Origin: Candidatus Caldarchaeum sp.
GTDB taxonomy: Archaea; Thermoproteota; Nitrososphaeria_A; Caldarchaeales; Caldarchaeaceae
Assembly (NCBI GenBank): GCA_038831915.1
Contig: JAWBKB010000014.1
Location: 1-48,060, forward strand
Length of the DNA: 48,060 nt
Direction of reading: 5' to 3'
Shown: one piece after another, positions 8,434 to 17,928 of the stretch
Numbering within the stretch: position 1 is the first letter of the stretch
How the letters are laid out: every line of letters starts with the position of its first letter
Notes under the pieces: generated by a model
Databases searched by the model: none
What the model was told of the DNA's origin: nothing
What the model saw: only the letters and a program-made list of their open reading frames with translations
Translations under genes and position numbers: made by a program

Positions 8434-9171
8434 TTATAGCAATATAAACAGAGCCACCATCATTATTATGGATGCTACCAGTATTGTCAAGCCTATCACT
8501 ATCGCGGTGATCTTGAACGTGCTGGTCACGAACTTCCAACAACGATATGCTTTCCATCTCCATCGCGAAAAAGTGAACATAACTATCTCATCCAATATTT
8601 CACCTAAAGATTTTTCCGCAAGCCAGTTGATTAACGACAGCGTTTCATCATCCGAGTGTGTCATAATATTACCAACTAATACTTGAAGCCAGCTTGCTCT
8701 AACTCTCGTTTTCAGGTCACGGTTTTTAAAACATAGTTTGATAATGTTTATAACAGCTAGATGCATGGCGCTCAGACCATCTAACCGGTTTAAAATGTCA
8801 GCGGACGATATTGCTTTAATCAATGACTGGGGAAACAACATGTCTACATGAAAACCGATTGAGCGATTCAGCCTATCGAGCACAGGTTTCAGCATTATAA
8901 CAAGCTTCTGTGACTCCCGTGAGAGAATTTCTGGGTATTTACATGCCTCCGGATAGATAATCATAAATCCTTCACGTGTAAGTCTGTAGAATGCTCTGCC
9001 ATCTCTAACATTTTTCTCCACGAGCTTGTTCTCTACTAATTGCTGAAGCAGCTCGTACACATATTTGCTTCCATAGCCAGTTTCAATGCTTTCTGCTACT
9101 GCTTCTCCACCCGCTTCTAAGATCAGAAGCAAAACTCTCTTTTGTCCACCAGACAGTTCTATTCGAGACAT
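8434..9171 (-). CDS. Winged-HTH protein with a C-terminal transmembrane helix
   Basis: N-terminal VYELLQQLVENKLVEK...FYRLTREG wHTH pattern; ~25 hydrophobic C-terminal residues. Confidence 0.65.
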   Translation of the reverse strand: MSRIELSGGQKRVLLLILEAGGEAVAESIETGYGSKYVYELLQQLVENKLVEKNVRDGRAFYRLTREGFMIIYPEACKYPEILSRESQKLVIMLKPVLDRLNRSIGFHVDMLFPQSLIKAISSADILNRLDGLSAMHLAVINIIKLCFKNRDLKTRVRASWLQVLVGNIMTHSDDETLSLINWLAEKSLGEILDEIVMFTFSRWRWKAYRCWKFVTSTFKITAIVIGLTILVASIIMMVALFILL

Positions 9172-9262
9172 GTACGTATTTGTAACAACAAGCTGCTATA
9201 AAGGAGCAGAGAGAATAGTGAAAATGTGGCATGGCATATTTATCATTATAACAACGTTTATG

Positions 9263-9929
9263 GGTACTGTCAAGTTAAGGCTAGGCCTGCTACCTTTACT
9301 GTGAACCTAGATGGGGGGGTAGACATGAGCCGTCTGATTTGTTTGTTCAGCGATAGGGACGTCTTTCTTAGGTGTGGTTTTCCCCGCCTGGGTCAAGGCT
9401 CTCGCCGTAAGGCTTTATTCTGAAGGGTTGAGTCTGAGGAGGTTTCAGAGGTTCTTTCCGAGCTGGGGTTCTCCGTCAGTCATGGGTCCGTTAGGCTATG
9501 TTTCTATATGCCTAGGGGGATGTTGTCATATATCTCTAGGCGTGTGAGGGGTTCATAGCTGTGGACGAGACTGTGGTATGGAATCTGGTTAGAAGAGCCT
9601 TTTTAATGGGCTGCTAGCGAGGTTAGGACTAAGGAGGTTTTAGCTATACAGGTTTCTAGGGCAGGGGTTTGGGGGAGTGTATTGGGTTGACGGCGGTCGT
9701 CAAGACGCATGCACAACATATACTGACAGGGATGGATGGTACGAATGGCCTGTAAGACTCCTGCGAATGAGGAGGAGAAGGAAGAAATTCGGAAGAAGAA
9801 ACATCATAGAGTCTTGGTTCAGCGAGCATAAGAGGTGGATAAGACAGTTCAACGCATGCTTCCCAATATACAGGCCGAAGGTACCGGAGAAGTGGATAAA
9901 GGCATTGGTGACCTTAAGTTGACAGTCCC
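9263..9929 (+). mobile_element. Degenerate IS6-family element (frameshifted transposase)
   Basis: Terminal IRs GGTACTGTCAAGTTAAGG / CCTTAAGTTGACAGTCCC (16/18); fragments IAVDETVV and RNIIESWFS. Confidence 0.85.
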
Positions 9930-9969
9930 TTGTTGGGAGGCGATATCATAATATGTAGAGCGATGGTAA

Positions 9970-10749
9970 CTAGCCTAGACCTTTTAGGCAGTTTTTTATC
10001 CATGCATCAGTTACTTCGATGAAAAGTTTGTTTAACTCTTTAACACATATCTCTAGCTCTTGTAGTTGGGGCTCGTCCGAGATATCGTATGGTATGAATG
10101 CGCCTACTGCCCAGCTTGGCGGTGGAGAATAATCATCTATGCTGATGCACCAGTACTCGAGTTTTTTATTTAGACCTGCGAAGTGCATGAAGTCTTCGGA
10201 GACCTTTCCCCACAGCGTAAGCGCTCTCTTACCAACATCCATATCATCAATAACTGAGGCGAAATCCTCTTTGAGGAACTTAGCGATGCTCTTCTCCGCC
10301 CTTAACTTTCTATTAAACTCGTCGAGCCGTGTGAAGGGGTTTACCTCATCTATCCTGTAGTGGTCTCGGTCTATGCAGTATTAAATGGTCATTGCCTCGA
10401 CTGATATCCTGATCGGCTGGAAGCAGAGGGGAAGACATCCAATCATAAACGCACCGTATAAATGGTCTACTCAAGGTCTCAACACTGTTGCCCATACAAT
10501 CGGATAGGTTAGGGTAAACTTGCCCATGTCGGCTAGTATCCTATCCTACCCACCGATCGTCTTCACTTTTCTTACAAACCCAGCATGAACATCATCTAGT
10601 AGCGACAGGATTGCACTGCATATCTTACGGGCCAATGGAAGTTCCTCAACACTCCTCAAAACATCCGGCAGATACTCCTTCAACACCCTCTCTCGAAACA
10701 GACTAGTACATGCATTATCTGATGATTTACCATTCTCTCCAAACATCAA
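9970..10749 (-). pseudogene. 260-codon gene interrupted by three in-frame stops
   Basis: ORFs 10546-10749 and 9970-10242 share one frame, broken only by TAG 10546, TGA 10471 and TAA 10381. Confidence 0.7.
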
Positions 10750-10798
10750 TTATTAACTGCGAAGAAAGATGACATAAACGTTCAACGATAGATCTTAA

Positions 10799-11343
10799 GG
10801 GACTGTCAACTTAAGACCATCCAATGCCCTTATCCACTTGTCCTGTATCTTCTGCCTGTATGTTGGGAAGCATGCGTTGAACTGTATTATCCTACTCTTC
10901 GGCCCGATGAACCGAGACTCTACAGCGTTCCTCTTACCTAATGTCTCTCCTCAAGCCCCGAACCTTCACAGGCCATCCATACTATGGGGCCCTATCCGTG
11001 TAGACGGTAGGGTTGTTAGCGCACCAATCCCTACCCACCTCAAGAAACCTTATGCGCTCAGCTATACAGCCCATACACAGGTCCTCCTGACAAGATATAG
11101 AACCAATCCCTGACAGACTCGAGGCTTAATCCTAGCTCGCATAATATCTCCGCTACCCTCCTGAGGCTGAGCCCCTCGACGTACAGCCTAACACCTAGAG
11201 CCCTGACCCACGGAGGCGTCCTGAGACGGGGAAAGACATTTCTATCACAGAAGAAACCTATAAGACGGCCTAGGCCGACCCCAATTCTATTCACCCACAA
11301 CTAATGGGAAGGCCCAGACCATAGACCTTAAGTTGACAGTTCC
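10799..11343 (-). mobile_element. Degenerate, internally deleted IS6-family element
   Basis: IRs GGGACTGTCAACTTAAG (10799) and CCTTAAGTTGACAGTTCC (11326-11343); HTH fragment LYVEGLSLRRVAEIL...ESVRDW. Confidence 0.85.
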
Positions 11344-11714
11344 CGAGCCATTGGGAGAGAGCATATACTATTATGGGAGTCATTAAAGAAACTGGTGAAG
11401 GAAGGTGGAGAAGATATCAAGACTAAAGGATAAGATTGTCTAAGTTAAGAGGCTTAGGGAGAACTACATCTGCCTGTTGGGAAAGACCCTAACACGTCCT
11501 TCCTTATGAGAAACGCATCATGACTCCTCTCCCTCAGAAACATGAATAATATGGGAAAGAACTAGGATAAACACCGTAATACCTAACAAAGCCCCACCCA
11601 TAACGGCAAAACATTTCATCTAGGTATATGCGCCCAAATATTTAGACCGTAATCCCACCCCTCGCACGGTATGTCTTTGGTAACGGTTAACTGTCGGGTT
11701 TTGTTTGGTGGTTT

Positions 11715-12647
11715 ATGGTTTTTTATAGTTTTGATGATGTTTTGCGGGTTTTGCGTGTTTTTCGGGAGACGCCTTGTGAAGTGAGTGATGAGTTGCGGGG
11801 TTGGCGTTGGCGTGACCCACCGCTTCTTTCTCCCTACCGTGTCCACGTAAATGCTTCGGACCTTTCGTTTCGATGTGATTCGGGGCGGTTTGGATATCTC
11901 CGGTATGTTTCGCGTGTGCGGGAGAAGCCGAATGATGATTTGTTGTTTGGCTCTGTTGTTCATAGGATTGTTGTTGAGGCTTCGACGTGGGCTAAGGGTG
12001 TTATTGTTCATCGAAGGCCTTCGAGCGGGCGTTTGTTCTACGATGAGATGACGCGGGTTGGTGATGAGCTGCGTGGTGACCGTGTTTTTTCGCGTTTTCG
12101 GGATGTTTTTGATTCGTTGTGGAGTTCGGCGTGTTTTGTTTATTCTTCTGCGTTGGACAGGGTTTTGTCGTCGTCGCGTTATTTGGGCTGGGATGGTGTT
12201 GCTTACCGTGTTGTGCCGTGGGTTTGTGAGTTTCCTGTCGACGGTAGGCTGCTGGGTCTTAACCGGGCGGTGAGGGTTGACGCGTTGATTCCGCCGAATG
12301 TTTTGGTCGAGTTTAAGACACGTCCTCCTTCGCGGTTGTTTGAAGTTGTTTTGGCGGGTTACGGGCTTTGCTTCGAATCGATGTTCCACGTCCCCGTAAA
12401 CTACGGCGTGATTCTCTATATCAACTTCGAGGAAGGTGGGAGGTTTAGAGTGTATGAGCATTTTGTCGCGTTAGACGACGCGTTGCGGATGGAGTTTGTC
12501 GAGAGACGTGACCTGCTGCTGCGCGTCGTGGCTGAGAAGCTTGACCCAGGCCTTCCACCTGAATGCGACAAATCATGCCCCTACCTGAAAATCTGCAGAA
12601 AAGACCACGCGGAATCACGGCTTCGAGTCGACGACAACAGCCCCTGA
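11715..12647 (+). CDS. csa1: Type I-A Cas4 variant Csa1 (Cas4a)
   Basis: EVSDELRGWRW..PPL, CDSGRFGYL, VDGRLLGL, VEFK, LAGYGL..E and C-terminal CDKSCPYLKIC. Confidence 0.9.
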   Translation: MVFYSFDDVLRVLRVFRETPCEVSDELRGWRWRDPPLLSPYRVHVNASDLSFRCDSGRFGYLRYVSRVREKPNDDLLFGSVVHRIVVEASTWAKGVIVHRRPSSGRLFYDEMTRVGDELRGDRVFSRFRDVFDSLWSSACFVYSSALDRVLSSSRYLGWDGVAYRVVPWVCEFPVDGRLLGLNRAVRVDALIPPNVLVEFKTRPPSRLFEVVLAGYGLCFESMFHVPVNYGVILYINFEEGGRFRVYEHFVALDDALRMEFVERRDLLLRVVAEKLDPGLPPECDKSCPYLKICRKDHAESRLRVDDNSP

Positions 12648-12881
12648 CACCTCCACTTCTGCAAGATAACGGCTCCAATCATAACGGTGGTTGGGGTCGG
12701 AACAATAGTCATCTTTCAACTCCCTCTTGCGGGATCACAGGCTACAACGACAATTACATGAATTGGCATCTGATTCGGAACTCTCAACTCCTTCTTGCGG
12801 GATCATTTACAGCTGTGGTTCCTGCACCTCAACCACCACGGCTATATGGTGTGATCTTTCGATTCCCTCTTGCGGGATCAC
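12644..12881 (-). CRISPR. Degenerate mini CRISPR array: 3 clear repeats plus 1 eroded repeat
   Basis: Repeats at 12713 (1 mismatch), 12781 (4) and 12856 (1) versus the main repeat; eroded copy 12644-12670; spacers of 42, 42 and 49 nt. Confidence 0.85.
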
Positions 12882-13271
12882 ACGGAGGAAAGAGAATTCG
12901 AGCAGACCACCTTAATGTACACTAGGAACGTGATAGCTGCTCTCCTAGGACACAAACTGATAAACGATGGGTTTTTACAGATAAGCGACGAGCCTGAACA
13001 ACAAGTGGGAGTGAAGTTCACAAACGATGCTACAAAGCTAGTTTTCGATGAAATTGTAAAGGCGCATGATTACGATGGTGTTGTTGCAGAAAGAGAAGCA
13101 GTCATGGTAGGTCTTAGGAGGGCCGTGCGCAGATGGTATCATGAGATGCTGAAAACTAACTTACCGGAAGAAATATTAGACTACTACATGAAATGCTTGA
13201 AACCAATAATACCTGATGTGTTAGAAGCAGTAAGTAAAGCAACTAGTTCGAGCAATGAGCAAAAAATTTAG
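12882..13271 (+). CDS. Hypothetical helical protein, possibly 5'-truncated at the CRISPR repeat
   Basis: Frame is open from within the repeat to TAG 13269-13271; first ATG near 12915; AT-rich, protein-like composition. Confidence 0.45.
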   Translation, partial: TEEREFEQTTLMYTRNVIAALLGHKLINDGFLQISDEPEQQVGVKFTNDATKLVFDEIVKAHDYDGVVAEREAVMVGLRRAVRRWYHEMLKTNLPEEILDYYMKCLKPIIPDVLEAVSKATSSSNEQKI

Positions 13272-13826
13272 CGTAAGACAATAGTTGATTGACCGACAAT
13301 GAATTACTGCTTGGGCCATCTGCATTGCGTTCCCGAAGATTTTGGAATGTACGTTTAGCTAGTGGTAGGGCTGTTTATCATCGTAACAACTCACGGCCTC
13401 GAAAAATTCCCAGCTGCAGAATCCTGCGAGTGTTGCGGTTGGTTAGGAAATGTCCAAAACTGCGTTCGTTAAGTCTCCGTAGAAAGTGTCAGGGCTTGCT
13501 GATATGCCAACTATTGACGACTGCAAGCATGTCGCTTTGTCTGCTAAAGCTTACGCTACCTAATGCTTAAACTACCTATGTGTCTCTAGAAGATGCTACA
13601 CTAACCTGCAATGGAAAACGCGCGAAACGTGTTGTTTTTAAAGTGGGTGTGACGTTACGGTTGGTCTTAGGTTTAGGACACCGAGTATTCATAGGAATTC
13701 GTTTTTCGACGAGGTTCAAGATGGGAGAAGTGTAAACTTTGTAGGTTGACAACGGAGTGCCGTGTTTTAGTTTTAAAGAACTAGAGTAGTAGGTATGTTC
13801 CAGCGAGTTGTTCGCTTCGGCATCAT

Positions 13827-13985
13827 ATGGCAGAGCGGTATTGTTCGAGATGTATGAAGACGTATCCCGACGCCTGCAGGTGTCCAGAACACGGAGTAAA
13901 GCTTAGGGCGGGGCCGAGTAAGAAGAAGCGGGATAATGTTCGCTATGTAAGTGTTTCTGAGGAGTTTTTGGGCGAATTTGTATGA
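13827..13985 (+). CDS. 52-aa zinc-ribbon protein (absent from the ORF track)
   Basis: Own translation: MAERYCSRCMKTYPDACRCPEHGVKLRAGPSKKKRDNVRYVSVSEEFLGEFV; CxxC...CxxH. Confidence 0.55.
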   Translation: MAERYCSRCMKTYPDACRCPEHGVKLRAGPSKKKRDNVRYVSVSEEFLGEFV

Positions 13986-14274
13986 TGAGCTTATTTTCTA
14001 GTGCATGGCCAGCTGTTATCATCTTGACCTCTTTATTCATCAGACTGGAGGAGTTTCGAGGTTCAGAGGGCTCATTATAATGCTTCGTGGGCGGGGCGAG
14101 ACATGTAAAGCAGTGTTAATAATATCGTGGAGACTGCTTGGGAGTGGAAGAAAGAACACAAAACAAACCACCAATTAATCCCGCCACCCCATAATAATCT
14201 ATTTTCCACAAACATTTGCAACTCTCGTTTGTGTGACAAGCCGGTTTTTATCATGGAAGACCATCCGGTTCGTC

Positions 14275-14742
14275 ATGGTTGTCGAAGGTGGTGAAGCGCC
14301 TGATTTCGAGTTGCCGGCGCACACGGGCGAGAAAATCCGTTTATCTAGCTTCCGTGGAAAAAACGTCGTGTTGTTCTTCTACCCGAAAGACGGTTCGCCG
14401 GGATGCACGCGTGAAAACTGTCTACTCCGAGACAGCATTCATGATTTTGAAAGATTCAACGCTGTAGCGATTGGAATAAGCCGGGACAGCGTGGACAGCC
14501 ACCGCAAATTCGCCGAAAAACACAGGCTAACACATCTTCTTCTCAGCGATTCACGCGGCGAAGTCGTGAAAGCTTACAACGCCGCGGGGCTTCTCGGCAT
14601 CACGAAACGCATAACCTACGTCATCGACCGTGAAGGAAAAATCCGCAAAATCATCCAGTCGATAAACCCGTCGGTCCACGTGACGGAGGCGTTGAAAGCC
14701 CTTGCATCGATAGAAACCGCTTCAGCCTTTGAGAAGCGCTGA
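14275..14742 (+). CDS. bcp: Peroxiredoxin Bcp/PrxQ
   Basis: APDFEL, FFYPKDGSPGCTRENC and GISRDS motifs. Confidence 0.92.
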   Translation: MVVEGGEAPDFELPAHTGEKIRLSSFRGKNVVLFFYPKDGSPGCTRENCLLRDSIHDFERFNAVAIGISRDSVDSHRKFAEKHRLTHLLLSDSRGEVVKAYNAAGLLGITKRITYVIDREGKIRKIIQSINPSVHVTEALKALASIETASAFEKR

Positions 14743-15069
14743 AAACAGGTTGTTCAGCTCCTGAGCAGCGAAAACATCGCCCTTAATCTTTATCCTGCCT
14801 GAGAAAAACGCTTTGACGGCGTCAAGCTCGCCTCTCAAAATGCCGAGGAGGTCTTGATGTGTTGATTCAACTGTTGCTGACGGGCTTGGATGAAGCCCTT
14901 CCGTAACGGTCAAGCCTGCAGCGGTTGAATGAATGTAGAAAGATTTTCCATCCGACGGCTTGAACTGAACAACTTTGGTCCACGACGCCGCCTTCTTCGA
15001 AACATCGGGATGTGTTTTCGCCGCCTCCACAAGCCTCTGTGCCTGCATAAACGCTTCTTCGCCAGACAT
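14722..15069 (-). CDS. SCP2 sterol/lipid-binding domain protein
   Basis: GELDAVKAFFSGRIKIKGD signature. Confidence 0.85.
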   Translation of the reverse strand: MSGEEAFMQAQRLVEAAKTHPDVSKKAASWTKVVQFKPSDGKSFYIHSTAAGLTVTEGLHPSPSATVESTHQDLLGILRGELDAVKAFFSGRIKIKGDVFAAQELNNLFSALLKG

Positions 15070-15184
15070 CACCAAAAAGTCTGTAAGACGTCATATAAGC
15101 TTGTCGGCACAACGTAGCACAATCCCTGACCAAACACAAAATCATGCAAAATAGACATAATAGAGAAAAAACAAATGCTATGGT

Positions 15185-15790
15185 GTGGCATTAGGTCGGA
15201 GAGGCAGAGGATTTTTCGAAAAAGCCGCGGCACCCGTGGTAAATGGTTTGGCGAAAACAGGAATTTCGCCGAATTCGCTGACGGTGCTTGGGTTACTGCT
15301 GACAGGAACTTCTCTTCCCTGTTACTGGCTGGCCCGTGAAACACCTGTCTCCTTTGTTTTGGCGGCGCTGGCTCTGGCGTTGGGAGGTTTGTTGGATGGG
15401 TTGGATGGATTGGTCGCGAGAACTTTGGGAAAGCAAACCGCGTTCGGTGCTTTCCTCGACTCATTCACTGACCGCATTAGCGACAGCCTTGTCGCTGCAG
15501 GGTTCATGCTGTCCGGCGCCGTCGACCCCTATCTCGCTTTAACCATGCTCACGGCGATGATGTTGGTTAGCTATGCTAGGGCTCGCGCAGAATCCCTCAA
15601 CGTCGAGCTGAAAAACGTAGGTATCGGAGAAAGAGCCGTAAGAATCATAGCGGCGATTCTCGGAACACTTCTCGCCTTCATCTCGTCATCGATACTCTTC
15701 TACACAGGTCTTTTCATCACCGCGGTTTCCACAGTCACCGTCGCGCAGCGTTTCATCGCAGTTTCCTCGGCTCTTTCAGGAAAGAGGTGA
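15185..15790 (+). CDS. pgsA: CDP-alcohol phosphatidyltransferase (archaetidylinositol-phosphate synthase-like)
   Basis: SPNSLT, DGLDGLVAR...FGAFLDSFTDR, SYARARAE and GERAVR motifs. Confidence 0.88.
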   Translation: MALGRRGRGFFEKAAAPVVNGLAKTGISPNSLTVLGLLLTGTSLPCYWLARETPVSFVLAALALALGGLLDGLDGLVARTLGKQTAFGAFLDSFTDRISDSLVAAGFMLSGAVDPYLALTMLTAMMLVSYARARAESLNVELKNVGIGERAVRIIAAILGTLLAFISSSILFYTGLFITAVSTVTVAQRFIAVSSALSGKR

Positions 15791-16269
15791 AGAATTTTCC
15801 GATGGAATACATCGTGATGAAACCCGTGGGGTTTGTCCGCGTCGGAATGCCGGTCGACAAATCAGTCGAATGGGATAGGTGGAAAAATGTTTCAGAAATC
15901 GAAATACTTCCTGAATACCGTGAAGGGTTGACGGGTCTCTCAGATTACAGCCATGTGTTTGTGTTGTTTTTTCTTCATCTTGAGAAATGCTGCGAACTTT
16001 TGGTAAGGCCTCGCCACAGACCGGACATGCCTGTTGTCGGCATTTTTTCGACACGTTCTCCCACGAGGCCCAACCCGATAGGACTCGCCGTCTGCCAAAT
16101 CACGGAAATCACGCAGCAGGGCCTTAAAGTGCTTGGACTTGACGCGTACAGCGGAACACCAGTCCTCGACATCAAACCATACGACTACTACGACGTCTTC
16201 ACCGAAATCAAGGTGCCTGAATGGTTCAAACAGCTTTGGCGAGAATCCAAACACCGTTCAGAACCCTAA
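15787..16269 (+). CDS. trmO: TrmO/TsaA family tRNA m6t6A methyltransferase
   Basis: GIFSTRSPTRPNPIG and LDAYSGTPVLDIKPY motifs. Confidence 0.88.
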   Translation: MKNFPMEYIVMKPVGFVRVGMPVDKSVEWDRWKNVSEIEILPEYREGLTGLSDYSHVFVLFFLHLEKCCELLVRPRHRPDMPVVGIFSTRSPTRPNPIGLAVCQITEITQQGLKVLGLDAYSGTPVLDIKPYDYYDVFTEIKVPEWFKQLWRESKHRSEP

Positions 16270-16338
16270 CATATTTGGTGTTCCATCCGAAAATGATGCA
16301 GAAACCAGTTCACAGTTAATAGCGGCACATGCATAATA

Positions 16339-17928
16339 TTGTTTGAAGGCCTCATGTTGGCAGCTGAGAACGTAAACCTTCTCATGCCCATAAGCGCCTT
16401 CGGTATCTATCTACACGCCGTTTTCGTCAGCTTCACGCTTGGACTGCCTTTCGTCATTTCTGCCTTCATCTACAAGTGGTGGAAGACCAAGGACGAAGAT
16501 TATTACCGGGCTGCACGCATCGCGACGGGTGTTCTCGGCGTCAATTTTGCGCTGGGAGCGATTACGGGAACACTTGTTGAGTTCGGGCTTGTCCAGGCTT
16601 GGCCGGGCTCGATATACGTAATCGCGACGGTTGCGTTTGTCCCACTTGCGTCGGAGCTTATCGCATTCGTCGGCGAAATTGTTTTCCTTATAGCGTTCAT
16701 CGTTACTCTACGGTGGGTGAAGCCGGTTGTCAGCATCGGGTTGATGGCTGGCTACTTTGTTTTCGCGGCTTTGTCCGGTGCGTTGATAACGATGGTGAAC
16801 AGCTGGCTCAACGTTCCATGGGGCACAGGGCCCCTCGCAGCTGTTCTCAACCCATACCTTCCCGAATACGGACCAGCCGCCTATGAAATTCCCGTTCTCG
16901 TCGCCGTGAAACTCACCCTCGTAGACACCCTGTTGACAACCGGGACGGCTTCACAGATACTTCAGAGCCCCGAAGTTGCGCAAGCCGTTGGTTTCAGTTT
17001 GAAAGACCCATTCATCGCCCTACAATCGCCCTACGCCGTCGTAAGTGTCTTCCACAACGTTACAGCCGCCATCATCATCGGTATCGCTTTCGCAGCGGCA
17101 GCGCTGGCAATCAAACATTTCAGAACAGGTGATGAAAAATTCGTCAAACTTCTCCGCAGCATCGTCCCTATGTTGCTGGTGCTTGTCTTGATTCAGCCGA
17201 CTTTGTTCGGCGACAACATGGGTAAAGCAGTGGCAACCTACATGCCGACAAAATTCGCGATGATTGAAGGAGCCTACGACACCACTGAAAACCCGTTGAT
17301 AGCTTTCTTAGCGTACGGAGACCCGTCGAAACCTATTCCAAAGTTTAACGAATTCAAGAAGAAATGCGACACACTCGGCGACACAACTGTGGAAAACGTA
17401 GCTTCACAAGTTTTACCAAGCTACAGACCAGGCCCATCCACCAACAAAAAACTCCGAGACCTTTGCATGCAGAGCCTCGCCGAAGCGGAGGTCAGAATAC
17501 CGTTGATAAACGCGAGCTATGTTGTGAAAATCGGGTCGGGTGTGATTGCGTTTGTCGCGGCTATTGCATTGGCTGCGACGGTTTACGATGTGAAAGGTCT
17601 GACGAAGGTTGCTAAAGCCCTGGAAAGACCTTTCGGGCGGAAAAAGTTTCTGTTGTTGCTGACTTTGCTGATTGTGATTGGCTCGGTTCTGCCGTCTTCG
17701 CTGGGCTGGTTTATCCGTGAAGTCGGCCGAAAGCCTTGGACGGTTTACGGGTTGTTGACGCCGAACGAGTTGGTCACACCTGTTCCTGTGAGCTTCGAAA
17801 CCATGGCTTTGTTCACGCTGGCTTTCGGCGCGATGGCTTTCGGCGGAATGTATGGGATGTATCTCGTGGCCGCGAAGCCTCTCGAATTCGTGAAACTTTT
17901 GCGTAAAGGGGCGGGTGTTGAAGAATGA
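16339..17928 (+). CDS. cydA: Cytochrome bd oxidase subunit I
   Basis: HAVFVSFTLG, FALGAITG..VEF, PTKFAMIEG and GWFIREVGRKPWTVYG motifs. Confidence 0.92.
   Translation: MFEGLMLAAENVNLLMPISAFGIYLHAVFVSFTLGLPFVISAFIYKWWKTKDEDYYRAARIATGVLGVNFALGAITGTLVEFGLVQAWPGSIYVIATVAFVPLASELIAFVGEIVFLIAFIVTLRWVKPVVSIGLMAGYFVFAALSGALITMVNSWLNVPWGTGPLAAVLNPYLPEYGPAAYEIPVLVAVKLTLVDTLLTTGTASQILQSPEVAQAVGFSLKDPFIALQSPYAVVSVFHNVTAAIIIGIAFAAAALAIKHFRTGDEKFVKLLRSIVPMLLVLVLIQPTLFGDNMGKAVATYMPTKFAMIEGAYDTTENPLIAFLAYGDPSKPIPKFNEFKKKCDTLGDTTVENVASQVLPSYRPGPSTNKKLRDLCMQSLAEAEVRIPLINASYVVKIGSGVIAFVAAIALAATVYDVKGLTKVAKALERPFGRKKFLLLLTLLIVIGSVLPSSLGWFIREVGRKPWTVYGLLTPNELVTPVPVSFETMALFTLAFGAMAFGGMYGMYLVAAKPLEFVKLLRKGAGVEE

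Larger units (their letters stand above)
6822..11669. mobile_element. Decayed tRNA-Leu-integrated element bounded by att direct repeats
   Basis: AATCCCACCCCCCGCACGG (6822-6840) recurs as AATCCCACCCCTCGCACGG (11651-11669), 18/19 identical; the interior is IS remnants and atypical ORFs. Confidence 0.85.

Noticed and set aside
9250-11355. Target-site duplications around the IS6 copies
   Set aside because: The 8-bp flanks do not match for either copy or for the pair.
11345-11560. Possible tyrosine integrase remnant next to the att repeat (KRLRE, FLMRN fragments)
   Set aside because: The position fits, but it is too degraded and has no complete catalytic motif; not called without a search.
11616-12461. 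281-aa ORF antisense to csa1
   Set aside because: Shadow frame caused by the extreme G/T skew; R/N/T/P-rich with no motifs.
12693-12706. Mini-array spacer similarity to cas6 near 24310-24325
   Set aside because: About 13 nt with a gap; expected by chance. I saw no convincing self-targeting spacer in the window.
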